Assembly (NCBI GenBank): GCA_963777605.1
Contig: CAVZRV010000007.1
Coordinates: forward strand, 384,001-448,000
DNA length: 64,000 nucleotides
Direction of reading: 5' to 3'
Source of the DNA: an uncultured Acidobacteriota bacterium
GTDB taxonomy: Bacteria; Acidobacteriota; UBA6911; RPQK01; JAPXNP01
The notes under the pieces are model-generated. The model was not told where the DNA came from and did no database searches. It worked only from the letters and a program-made list of their open reading frames with translations. The position numbers and the translations under genes are program-made. Every line of letters begins with the position of its first letter. The first letter of the stretch is position 1. Shown here one piece after another: positions 51,896-61,361 of the stretch.

Positions 51896-53763
51896 TAGGG
51901 AAGGGAGTCCTCCAGGTTGGGCGGCTTGGTGTTCACATTCGAGACGATCCCTCCGTCAACGATGATGCTGATGTAGGGAGCGTCCGGGGCATTCGAGAAC
52001 TGCACCGTTGCCAAATGCGGGTCGGAGTCCTTGCTCCAGGAACCGAACCCGCTGAAAGTCACCGTATCGAACTGCCCCTCGGGAAGCGTTGACCCTCTCG
52101 AGTTCGTACAACTGACCGACGCCAGGCTGTACATCTTGAAAGTGCCTCCATCCGAACTGTTGAAGTTCTGGTATTCAAAGAAGGCATCCTTTCCAACCGG
52201 GTCACACGACACCGAGTAGTTGTAGCTGAAGTCATCGCCAGTTGACGATATTGCCTGGCCGCTGTCGCTCATCACTACCTCGGATGGAGGTCCGGGATGC
52301 ATCGCCTGGATCCTCAGGAACGGATCCAGAGTGGATCCTTCGCCGGCAATCCAGCTGTTGGCCTTGACCAGATCAGGGGACGGGTACCGAAACCCGGAAA
52401 AGTCAACCGTGACGTCTCCGTTGAACCGGAAGACCGTCTGGCCGTTGACCCCATTTTCGAAAAGGGCCGGCCCCCTGAAGTTGAACGAGCTCGGCGCAAT
52501 GGCTCCGTCGTTCTGTTCGAGCAGCGCAAACAGCAGATCCTGTGCGATGAATCCCCGGTAAAGCAGCTCACCCAGGACTCTGCCGGTCTTCAGGTCAATC
52601 GCACCCAGGGCCAGGTCGAACGGATCATCCGCAAACGCTACGTCCTGGAGGTGATAGGTCTGGAGCGGAAACCGCAGGTACTCGTCGTGCCCAAGCAAAC
52701 CAACCGAGAGCCCCGGGATCGAAAGTGGAGTCTCCGGCGGTTCGGCCAGCAACCCGGCCGGCACCAGGCTGGACACCCAGAAAGGCACCGTATCCCCAAA
52801 CCGTGGCCCGAATTGAATCTGGATACGACCCAAGAGGTGCGACCGCCCGGTCGCAGTCCCGCCCAGTTGCGGGATATTCAGGTTAAAGGCATCCCCGAAA
52901 CTGGTGTTGTGAGTAAAGGTCGTCAACTGCCACATGGTGTTCGTCGGGATCTCAGGACAGTTGTCCCCGCACGATTCGCCTTCCGGAGCAGCGGTGGAAA
53001 GCAACAGGTGAGGATGCAACGAAGTACCCGGCGACGGAATGCTGGCACAGTCCAGGCGAATGTTGCAGAAGGGGAGTGGAAACCGCGGGACATCACCAAC
53101 CAGGCCGCTTCCCTCAATCTTGTTCCCCAAAGGCAGGAAACTCGTACCGTAAAAGGTGAAGTCCAGCAGCCCGTCGTCGCGCTGCGAAAACTTCGCCCAC
53201 GATGAGCCGTACACCCCGGGAAATTTGATCACCGGGGCTTCCAGCTTCGGATTGACTTGGCCAAGAGCGTAGATCGCCGTGTTGATGAACAAGACGCGGT
53301 ATTCGAGATTGGTGACTTCACCCGTCTTCAGGTTGAGGTCCCCTTCCGATACGATCTGGTCCTGCGAATCGCTGACCAGCTCAAACTCGACCGGAAACTT
53401 GTAGAACTGGGGAGCTGCCAGCACGCTGTCGTCGCCAGACAACCCTCGCGGATGGGTCACTTCAAAGTGGGCAATGTCCTTGACCGGTTCGTAAAACTTG
53501 ATGTGCACGCTTCCGGCTAAGTGGGCATCGGTCATCGCCAGACCGCCGAAAAGCAGGTTTCCGCAGGTCCCGAACGGGTTATCCGCATCATCGGGGCAGT
53601 CGACCGCCCGCAAGGCATCTCCGAAATAACTAGTCTCAGAGTTGATCGGAAGGGTCTGCTCCAGTCCTGGCGGCAACTGCAGGGGCACGGCAAGATCGCC
53701 CTCGGAGGCAAAGAGACTGACAGGGAGCAGCGTAACTTGAGCAATCAGCAATAGACGTCTCAT
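51895..53763 (-). CDS. Large secreted hypothetical protein (622 aa)
   Basis: Signal peptide; beta-rich with paired Cys; translationally coupled on both sides (ATGA, TAATG). Confidence 0.8.
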   Translation of the reverse strand: MRRLLLIAQVTLLPVSLFASEGDLAVPLQLPPGLEQTLPINSETSYFGDALRAVDCPDDADNPFGTCGNLLFGGLAMTDAHLAGSVHIKFYEPVKDIAHFEVTHPRGLSGDDSVLAAPQFYKFPVEFELVSDSQDQIVSEGDLNLKTGEVTNLEYRVLFINTAIYALGQVNPKLEAPVIKFPGVYGSSWAKFSQRDDGLLDFTFYGTSFLPLGNKIEGSGLVGDVPRFPLPFCNIRLDCASIPSPGTSLHPHLLLSTAAPEGESCGDNCPEIPTNTMWQLTTFTHNTSFGDAFNLNIPQLGGTATGRSHLLGRIQIQFGPRFGDTVPFWVSSLVPAGLLAEPPETPLSIPGLSVGLLGHDEYLRFPLQTYHLQDVAFADDPFDLALGAIDLKTGRVLGELLYRGFIAQDLLFALLEQNDGAIAPSSFNFRGPALFENGVNGQTVFRFNGDVTVDFSGFRYPSPDLVKANSWIAGEGSTLDPFLRIQAMHPGPPSEVVMSDSGQAISSTGDDFSYNYSVSCDPVGKDAFFEYQNFNSSDGGTFKMYSLASVSCTNSRGSTLPEGQFDTVTFSGFGSWSKDSDPHLATVQFSNAPDAPYISIIVDGGIVSNVNTKPPNLEDSLP

Positions 53764-55136
53764 CGAGGGTTCCTCCGTGAGGGGGATTGGGGAGGTGGAC
53801 TGACCCGTCGACTGGACCGGGGAGTCTTGTCAGGGTTCACGTTCTCCAGTTCGGCTTTGACGCGAAGGATATTGCGCATCTTATCCCGCGGAATGAACCG
53901 GGAAAGTTCATCCAGGGTTGTCTCTGCCCCGGTGGACACCCGGAAATCGCCAACACTGTCGTCTGCGAGAATGTTCTCGACCGAGACCAGCGGATAGCTC
54001 TTGCCGTAGCTGGAATTCAGGAAGCTCAGAATCCCGTTCGCGATCAAAGCATGGCCGGTTGGCCCCGGGTAGTAGCCGTTCAGGGAATAAAGCCCGCCAA
54101 GGAAATCCGCCCCAAGCTGCTTGTCTCCCACGACGGCCCCGTTCACCTTGAGAGTGTGCAACTGCGCATTCAGGTCGTAGACCAACGCACCGTTCCGGCC
54201 CGCCACATCGGCAATTGCCGAATTCAACTGACTGACGTAGGCGGTCAACTCCGCAGCCGACTCCGCCGTAATGACCGAGCCGTTGGGCAGAGGACCCGAT
54301 GTCCGGGCAAGGAACTGGTTCCCAATCTCAACAAGCCCCGGCACCGTGATCCAGTCATCCACCGTGAGCCCGTACAGCCCGAGCACCACGTAGGGGAGGA
54401 CCCTGAGGAGTTTCGCACTCGAAACGGGGGAATTTGCGAAGGCGGTATCGAGAGGATTCGGTACCGTCATCACGACCACTTCGGCGTAGGTCGAACGCAG
54501 TCCCGAGATCACCGCCTCGTAGTCCGACCGAAACTGGGCCGGATCCGGCAACCGGCTGAAATCGCCCGTCGCCGCCGCATCGACAACCTCACTGTATCCC
54601 AGTTCCACCAGTGCAAACGTCGGCCGCATTGCTTCGGCGTACTCCAACTGGGTCCAGAATGGGACCTCATCTTCGAGAATCAGCTGCGGAAACCCCAGCA
54701 CGAAGTTGACCAGGGTCTGCTTCTTGTCCTGATCCTGAATCAAGGGAAGCGTCGGCCGGCGCGTGATCGAATCAGAAAGTCGCAATCCGGGAACCGAAAG
54801 GTTGAAAACGAACAAGTACGGAGGGAAAGGCTTCCGTACCGTCGTCTGCAGGGCGGCAGGAATCCGCAGGGGCAACTCGTTGTAGCCGACCACATTTCCG
54901 ATTCCGGGAGGCTGGAGATTCGGCTGCGGCAGAATTGTGCCTACCTGCTGGGCGATCAGTGCCGGGAAGGAGTTCTCCTGCCCCTTCGAACTCAGGCTGA
55001 AATTGTAAACTCCGGCTGCCATGCCCTCACCGAGAACGACGAATGTCGTCGTATCCAGGCGACGGGACGCTTGAGCTCCCAGGAATGGGCTCACCAATAG
55101 AAGGCAGAGAATAAGAACAACGGTTCGCTTCATCAT
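53760..55136 (-). CDS. SGNH/GDSL-lipase-like secreted protein lacking the catalytic triad
   Basis: Block I VVLGEGMAAG, NLSVPG, block V GGLYSLNGYYPGPTGHALIAN. Confidence 0.8.
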   Translation of the reverse strand: MMKRTVVLILCLLLVSPFLGAQASRRLDTTTFVVLGEGMAAGVYNFSLSSKGQENSFPALIAQQVGTILPQPNLQPPGIGNVVGYNELPLRIPAALQTTVRKPFPPYLFVFNLSVPGLRLSDSITRRPTLPLIQDQDKKQTLVNFVLGFPQLILEDEVPFWTQLEYAEAMRPTFALVELGYSEVVDAAATGDFSRLPDPAQFRSDYEAVISGLRSTYAEVVVMTVPNPLDTAFANSPVSSAKLLRVLPYVVLGLYGLTVDDWITVPGLVEIGNQFLARTSGPLPNGSVITAESAAELTAYVSQLNSAIADVAGRNGALVYDLNAQLHTLKVNGAVVGDKQLGADFLGGLYSLNGYYPGPTGHALIANGILSFLNSSYGKSYPLVSVENILADDSVGDFRVSTGAETTLDELSRFIPRDKMRNILRVKAELENVNPDKTPRSSRRVSPPPQSPSRRNPR

Positions 55137-55140
55137 GATG

Positions 55141-56583
55141 CTACCAATCCGGATCCAGGTTGTCCTGCCCAAGGTTGATTCTCAGGCCGAGGCCGCCGAG
55201 GTGGGCAAAGTTGTCGTAGACCCCGTTTGTGAATACATCGGCATTTGCGGCGACGTTGGTCTCGCGGACCATGAATTTCATCGCCTGGTAGAAGATGCTG
55301 AATTCCATGTTCCCCCGCGTCATCGACGCTCCCGCGGTAAAACTGTGCCGGCTGCTGTCGGGAAACAGCGGCCCGGTACTCTTGTCGGGAACCGGGCTGT
55401 GGTCGAACATGTAGCCGCCACGGACGTCCATCCCCCACTTGAAGGGGTGTTCGTAACCCGCGTTGATCTGGTAGGAGTTGTTGAAGTCAAACTCGAGTCG
55501 CAGTTCCTCCGGCGTCGCGACATCCACGGTCTGACTGAAATTCACCGGAACGCTCTTGAACCGATGATAGTCCATATATTGGAAATCAAACGCCGCGGTT
55601 CCGCCGAACACTTCCTCCTTGGCCACGGCCACCTTGTATGACGCCGGTGTCGTGAAGGAGCCCTTGATCGGCTGATCGGGAAAAAGGTCGGGAATCGTGT
55701 CGGCTCCAACGAAAGGCTCCAGCGTGTAACCGGTCGTAAAAGCAAAGGTGGCCCTTCCGTCAAGGTGATGGGTCACCGCGCTTCGGTACATCGCCCCGAA
55801 GTTCATCTTGCGCTCAGGGTCACGGTGGAGAAAACCAAGGTTGAACCCAAGACTCTGGCTCGTTCCGGCCAGCCGGGAGCGCCCCTCGGGAAGGAGGCGC
55901 GCAATCGCCGGGCCGGCCAGTTCGGGATCTTCGCCTGGGAAAATCAGGTTGGACAACTCCTTCCCGAACACGATCCCGTCGTCGAGCGGGTTCAGGATGC
56001 TCTGCTCGAGCATCAGGTGAGTGTGGACCAATGCCACCCCGAGGGCTACCGCCGTGTTGGGTCTGACCCGGTACGCTACCGTCGGTTGAAACCAGATTGA
56101 CTCAAGTCGCGCCCGGTCGCCCGCGTAGCGGGCCACGAACTTGGTCTCCTGCGGGTCACTGTCCTTGAAGCTGGTCCAGTTAGCCGAAAGACCGAACGGC
56201 GAGAAGACTCCGAAACCGAAGGTCAGTTTCTCGGAGAGGTCCTTGGTCATGTACATGCTCGCCACTGGTATCAGCTTCGGCGCCACCGACCCGTTGAATC
56301 CCTTTTGTGGGACGTACTGGCCGGCCGGCGTGTCGAAAGGAGTGAAGCGGAAGAGACCGACGACTCCCAGGGAGTCCATTTCCATCCGCAAGCCCTTCTG
56401 GAAGGCAATACCGGCGGGATTGTAGAAAAGGGCGGAACCGTCATCGGCAATCGCCGCAAAGGCACCTCCCATCCCCATCGCCCTGACACCAAGCTCATAG
56501 ATTGAAAATGCCGACGCATCCAACCGTCCTGAGACTGCAAAAAGGGAGACGCAAACTAGAAGAACGAGCTTTTTCGCGGTCAT
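55141..56583 (-). CDS. fadL: OmpP1/FadL family outer-membrane lipid transporter
   Basis: Hatch SAFSIYELGVRAMGMGGA, ALFYNPAG, PFGL, FPDSSR. Confidence 0.92.
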   Translation of the reverse strand: MTAKKLVLLVCVSLFAVSGRLDASAFSIYELGVRAMGMGGAFAAIADDGSALFYNPAGIAFQKGLRMEMDSLGVVGLFRFTPFDTPAGQYVPQKGFNGSVAPKLIPVASMYMTKDLSEKLTFGFGVFSPFGLSANWTSFKDSDPQETKFVARYAGDRARLESIWFQPTVAYRVRPNTAVALGVALVHTHLMLEQSILNPLDDGIVFGKELSNLIFPGEDPELAGPAIARLLPEGRSRLAGTSQSLGFNLGFLHRDPERKMNFGAMYRSAVTHHLDGRATFAFTTGYTLEPFVGADTIPDLFPDQPIKGSFTTPASYKVAVAKEEVFGGTAAFDFQYMDYHRFKSVPVNFSQTVDVATPEELRLEFDFNNSYQINAGYEHPFKWGMDVRGGYMFDHSPVPDKSTGPLFPDSSRHSFTAGASMTRGNMEFSIFYQAMKFMVRETNVAANADVFTNGVYDNFAHLGGLGLRINLGQDNLDPDW

Positions 56584-56660
56584 CCTACTCCCCGGTCGTT
56601 CGGAACAGATAGTCCCCTGCCCCCAACGTCACCGAAACTAATCCAGGGCAGGCTTCAGAA

Positions 56661-56698
56661 TTGGGAACAGACTAAGACAACAGTTCCAAGTTTGTCAA
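56661..56698 (-). promoter_or_regulatory. Sigma70-type promoter of the fadL operon overlapped by an inverted repeat
   Basis: TTGACA (56698-56693), 18-nt spacer, TAGTCT (56674-56669); inverted repeat TTGGGAAC (56661) ... GTTCCAA (56683). Confidence 0.55.
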
Positions 56699-56738
56699 TA
56701 TAAATAAACGGATGCAAATTATTTAAACATGCGCGTTG

Positions 56739-57503
56739 TCATTGAACTGAACCCAGGGCCTCATCCACTGCGGCTTGCAGATCATGAAATCCGTAGCGTA
56801 CCTCGGACGGCGAGGCACCATATTCGTTGCCCCAGAAGGGCTCCCGAAGGACAACGCCCGAACGGTCGAAAATCCAGATAGTCGGCGCGCCGTAGCGCCT
56901 AGGGTCAAGGTGCCATTTGAAACGCCCCAACCAGGCGGGATTTCCGGAGACTTCCCCACTTTCCTTCGAAAGCAGGGTCATTCTCGGGTCAAAGTATAGC
57001 TTCGAAAACGGGATCAGTGATGACTTCCTTAAGCTGACAGTCTTTGCAACAAATGTCTTGAGGGCAACCCTGTAGGCAGGAGACTGGTCCGGGGCAGTCA
57101 GAAAGAGGTCAGCAGGATACCCGTATTTCTCAGGGGCAAAGACAGGAGGGACCGCCACCCCGATCACCTCCACCGGCTTGTCCCCGAAAGCGTTGACAAG
57201 CGCCCTTTGGATGGCCAAATCGTCGAAGCTGTCCTGGCACCACAGCGGTCCCCGGAAGGAGCCGGCGGGAAACTTCGCGGCGCCCCCGCCGAAAATGACG
57301 AGCACGACTACCCGCGTGTCCGGTCCCACCTGGGACAATAGCTGCACCGGGACCAGGTCCTCACCCAGAACTGTCGTATCGGGCGCGATCCGGTCGCCTG
57401 GCTGATAGCTCGAGACTTCGGAAAGAACCAGTTTCGGCTGCCCAGATAGAAGCGCAACAGTCAAACATAGAAACAGGACAACCAGAGATCCCGCAGCTTT
57501 CAC
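56739..57503 (-). CDS. Secreted thioredoxin-fold-like protein (CxxS)
   Basis: Signal peptide, PDTTV..EDL, LWCQDS, YGAPTIWIFDRSGVV (TlpA-like cis-Pro segment). Confidence 0.6.
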   Translation of the reverse strand: MKAAGSLVVLFLCLTVALLSGQPKLVLSEVSSYQPGDRIAPDTTVLGEDLVPVQLLSQVGPDTRVVVLVIFGGGAAKFPAGSFRGPLWCQDSFDDLAIQRALVNAFGDKPVEVIGVAVPPVFAPEKYGYPADLFLTAPDQSPAYRVALKTFVAKTVSLRKSSLIPFSKLYFDPRMTLLSKESGEVSGNPAWLGRFKWHLDPRRYGAPTIWIFDRSGVVLREPFWGNEYGASPSEVRYGFHDLQAAVDEALGSVQ

Positions 57504-57504
57504 C

Positions 57505-58800
57505 TTAGCCTTTCCCTTCCCTGGAAATATTCATTTTCATCAGGACCAGCCCAGTCAGGAGCTTGGGGTAGAAATCGGTCGATTTCTGGGGCATCTTAGC
57601 CCCAAATTCGGAAACTTCTCTCACCTGTTCAAGTGAAGTTGGTCTGAGAAGACATCCCAGTTGAATTTCTCCCGACTTCAACGCGCCCAGCAGTTCTTCT
57701 CTCTCCCGAAAATAGGAAACTCGCCCACCGCCGGCAACCTGTTCCGGGGTGATGTCCAGAATCTCTTCGAATACTCCGCTGTGGAGGACGCTCACATCCA
57801 GGCTCCGCAGAGGCCCCGCGACCGAGGGCATGAAGGATCGATCGGACAGAACCTCGGTTTTCAGCACGGCCAGGACCGTCTTGACCTGGCCGTCCTCGAC
57901 CCAGCAGAAACCGAAATGGTGGTGCCCATGGTTGATTCGGGCGACAAGAACATCCAGGCCCTCAACCGGGGACACCTCAAACCGGGACGCCAGGCGAGCT
58001 GAAAACCAGGACGAATCGAACTGGCCGAGCCCTTTCACCCCACGGTGCGTTGGAAGGATGCGCATGCCTTCGCTGTCCATGTTGAAGAGTGCCACCATTC
58101 GCTTGTCAAAAGACTCTGCCGCCGCCGGCTTCCAGCCCTTTTCGATGCATTCCCGGTAGAACGTAAGAGAGGTCTGATAGCGGTGGTGACCATCGGCGAT
58201 ATACAAAGGGCAGGCCGCGAGCGCCTTGCGCGCCGCCGAAACGACTTCCGGATTCGATACTGCCCAGATCCGGTTGAGCACGCCGAAATCGTCCCGGACC
58301 TCGATTGAAGGCGACCGCTCTGCGACACCCGACTCGAGGATCCGGTCAACCGCCAGCGTCGGGTCGGAAAAAAGAGTAAAGACCAGGCCTTCATTCGCCT
58401 CGGTGTACCGGATCAGGTTGAGCCGGTCCGCCAGCGGCCGTGCCAGGACGTTCTCGTGGCCCTTTACAGCCAGTTCCGGATCATCCAGCGCGACCATCCC
58501 GATTAAGCCGATCCGGACGCGGTCCTCGCCCTCGAACCGAAACCGCTGTTCGTAAATATAGAGGCAGGGTTCGGTATCCTGGGACAAGGCTCCTGAGTTG
58601 ATCCACTGCTCCAAAACGCTCGCTGCTTCCCCGTAATTCTCGTTCTTGATGACGCGGACGATATTGAAGGGACTCCGGTTAAGGTAGTCAGCTCTGAGGT
58701 CATCGGGTATCTTGTCGTAGGGCTGGGTTACAACCGCTTCCAGACTGCCCACGTGCTCTTCGTGAAATCGGTATCCTTTGAAGGGATAGATGTGTGCCAT
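57505..58800 (-). CDS. DUF1015 family protein
   Basis: PFKG, QPYD, HENV, YIADGHHRY, MPQKSTDFYPKLLTGL. Confidence 0.93.
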   Translation of the reverse strand: MAHIYPFKGYRFHEEHVGSLEAVVTQPYDKIPDDLRADYLNRSPFNIVRVIKNENYGEAASVLEQWINSGALSQDTEPCLYIYEQRFRFEGEDRVRIGLIGMVALDDPELAVKGHENVLARPLADRLNLIRYTEANEGLVFTLFSDPTLAVDRILESGVAERSPSIEVRDDFGVLNRIWAVSNPEVVSAARKALAACPLYIADGHHRYQTSLTFYRECIEKGWKPAAAESFDKRMVALFNMDSEGMRILPTHRGVKGLGQFDSSWFSARLASRFEVSPVEGLDVLVARINHGHHHFGFCWVEDGQVKTVLAVLKTEVLSDRSFMPSVAGPLRSLDVSVLHSGVFEEILDITPEQVAGGGRVSYFREREELLGALKSGEIQLGCLLRPTSLEQVREVSEFGAKMPQKSTDFYPKLLTGLVLMKMNISREGKG

Positions 58801-58866
58801 CTGCGCATTCTACAATCTCAGGCCCTTGGTTTCGATAAACTGCGGATTCATCTCGAGGACTGACAA

Positions 58867-59958
58867 ATGAGTGACTATCTTGGCGGAAAAGCGATTGAAC
58901 CACCCCCGATCACCGGCGACCTGTCTATCCGGCAACTCGTTGATCACTACCTGAATGCCTACAACGCAGCCCGGCTGCGCGAAGCCTGTCAGCTCTTTGC
59001 ATCCAGGATGCTGGAAGACGACGTCACCGTCGGCATGTCGCTTTCCGGGGCCCTGACACCGGCCGGAGTCGGGATGTCAAGCCTGATTCCTCTGATCGAA
59101 GCCGGTTACGTTGACTGGCTCGTCTCGACCGGGGCCAACCTATACCACGACACCCATTTCGGGATTGGGTTGTCGCTCCACCAGGGACGAGCACAGGTCA
59201 GCGACGTGGAATTGCGAAGGGAAGGCGTCGTGCGGATCTACGACATCTTCTTCGATTACGAGGTCCTGCTTTCGACCGACCGTTTCTACCGGGAGATCAT
59301 CCAGGCACCAGAATTTCAGAAAAGCATGAGCACTTCCGAATTCCATCATCTGGTCGGCAAATATCTGGATCAGAGAGAGCGGGTCCTCGGCCTCGGCGCA
59401 AAATCGATCCTGGCGGCTGCCTATCGGAACAACGTCCCGGTCTATACCTCCTCTCCGGGAGACTCGTCAATCGGGATGAACGTCGCAGCCCGCGCGCTGG
59501 ATGGCAACGCCCTGGCAATTGATGTCTCGAAAGACGTCAACGAAACGGCCGCCATCGTTCTCGGGGCCAAGCGTACGAGTGGCAAGAGCGCCGTCGTCAT
59601 CCTCGGCGGCGGTTCTCCGAAGAATTTCGTTCTCCAGACTGAGCCGCAGATCCAGGAAGTGCTCGGTATCGATGAAAAAGGCCACGATTACTTTCTTCAG
59701 ATCACCGATGCCCGTCCCGACACCGGGGGACTCTCGGGTGCGACACCCTCGGAAGCGGTGAGCTGGGGGAAAGTTGACCCGAGCAAGCTTCCCGATGCGG
59801 TCGTCTGCTATCTCGACTGCACTGTTGCCGTCCCAATCCTGGCCTCCTACGCTCTCGCGAGCGGCCGGAAGAGGACCAGCAAGGCACTATACAAGCGCCT
59901 GCCTGATCTCATGGCCAGTCTTCGCTCTGAGTACGAGAAGTCGTCCCGCAATCGGTAA
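58867..59958 (+). CDS. Deoxyhypusine synthase-like protein (homospermidine biosynthesis)
   Basis: [32 protein letters not shown] (catalytic Lys), [17 protein letters not shown]. Confidence 0.93.
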   Translation: MSDYLGGKAIEPPPITGDLSIRQLVDHYLNAYNAARLREACQLFASRMLEDDVTVGMSLSGALTPAGVGMSSLIPLIEAGYVDWLVSTGANLYHDTHFGIGLSLHQGRAQVSDVELRREGVVRIYDIFFDYEVLLSTDRFYREIIQAPEFQKSMSTSEFHHLVGKYLDQRERVLGLGAKSILAAAYRNNVPVYTSSPGDSSIGMNVAARALDGNALAIDVSKDVNETAAIVLGAKRTSGKSAVVILGGGSPKNFVLQTEPQIQEVLGIDEKGHDYFLQITDARPDTGGLSGATPSEAVSWGKVDPSKLPDAVVCYLDCTVAVPILASYALASGRKRTSKALYKRLPDLMASLRSEYEKSSRNR

Positions 59959-59982
59959 CCCTGCGGATCTGGTCAGACCTGG

Positions 59983-61224
59983 CTACTTCTGGGTAGTGCC
60001 CACGGGCAGGCTGGACAGAACGAGACCATTCCCGGTCCGAAGGATAACCACGGCCAGAGGCACATCGCTCTCAAACCGGATCGTCCCGTCGAAATCGGAA
60101 TTCTTGATGTCCGGGAAAATCTCCGAGAGGAACTTCGCAGTGTGCTCTCCCGGGCCCAGCAACAGCGCATTCGCGTTCGTGTCAATAACGACCCCTCGCT
60201 GATCGAGCAGGTCTACGCGGGCCGAGGCGTTTTGACTGGAGGTATTGACCGCCGCGATGCCACTGTCGAAGGATCCGGCAACTGCCTTCTGTACGGCGCC
60301 GACACCCGTCACGGAACCCTTCGCTCCGCCAACGCCGGCTTCCGTCTTCACGCCACCAGATTCGGTGACGATTCGGAAAACTGCCGTTCCCTCGATAGGA
60401 ACGTTGCTCGTAATGCGGGCATAGCCAATCGCCAGGGCGGTACCGCCCGACGTTCCAGTCAACGAACTGAATGCAGGCACCGTGAGCGGAAATGAACTGG
60501 CCGCAGTGTTCCCAATCTGCAGTTCCAGGGGGCTTCCGTCGCTGTTGAAAAATTCGACTTCGCCTTTCGCAGTCGAGTTGCTCAAGTTCGAAACCACGAT
60601 CGTCGTCTGGAGGCTATCAGGTTGGATCGCCCCATTACCCACCTGAGCCAAATAAGTGACGAACTGGGGCCGCTGAATGTACTGAACCTGGAGGTCATCC
60701 AGTTCTTCGGAAGCGTTCTCCGCTCCGTAACTGATCACCAGCTTGCTTATTCCCTGGGCGCTCGTGGTGCTGACCGCAACGTCGCGGGCTTCCGCCAGGC
60801 CGTTGATCTGAACGTTCCCGAGAGAGATCCCCAACGGTCCAAAGGCCTCGATCCGAGCCTGCGTCTGGGCAGTCCCCCCGGACAGGATCATCCCTACCTT
60901 GCTGAGGGGATATCGAAAGTTGAGCACCATCGGCCGGTTGGCCGACGTCCCGGAAGAAGGCTGGTTGAGAACCTTGATATTCGTAGACCCGGCAAAAAAC
61001 GTGGCGACCGCAGTGGCGGTGCCCCATTCCCCACGCTGGAATGTGATTCCCCACTCACCCAGCACGTTACTGACATCGGAATTCTCGGAAAGACCGGTGA
61101 AACTGAACTTCGCCGAATCGCCGGAAAAGCCGGGATTGCCGGTGACATCACTTAACTGGGCCGCGAGGGGAGCCGTCAGAATGAAGAAAATTGAAAACAA
61201 GACGATCAGAACGGTGCGCTGCAT
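59983..61224 (-). CDS. Secreted hypothetical beta-rich protein
   Basis: GGAG RBS and signal peptide; C-terminal Ig-like domain (GYARITS, GIAAVN, FDGTIRF). Confidence 0.75.
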   Translation of the reverse strand: MQRTVLIVLFSIFFILTAPLAAQLSDVTGNPGFSGDSAKFSFTGLSENSDVSNVLGEWGITFQRGEWGTATAVATFFAGSTNIKVLNQPSSGTSANRPMVLNFRYPLSKVGMILSGGTAQTQARIEAFGPLGISLGNVQINGLAEARDVAVSTTSAQGISKLVISYGAENASEELDDLQVQYIQRPQFVTYLAQVGNGAIQPDSLQTTIVVSNLSNSTAKGEVEFFNSDGSPLELQIGNTAASSFPLTVPAFSSLTGTSGGTALAIGYARITSNVPIEGTAVFRIVTESGGVKTEAGVGGAKGSVTGVGAVQKAVAGSFDSGIAAVNTSSQNASARVDLLDQRGVVIDTNANALLLGPGEHTAKFLSEIFPDIKNSDFDGTIRFESDVPLAVVILRTGNGLVLSSLPVGTTQK

Positions 61225-61361
61225 CTCACTCCTCCAAATTGCAGTTCGGTTCGTAACAACTCCCCCAAGTTTCAACGCCGAGAAGATATTATATAGGTTT
61301 GGCGCCTTGCCCAGCAGGACGCTCCCATCGAAACACATCCCAAGGGAGGAGACTTGATCAT

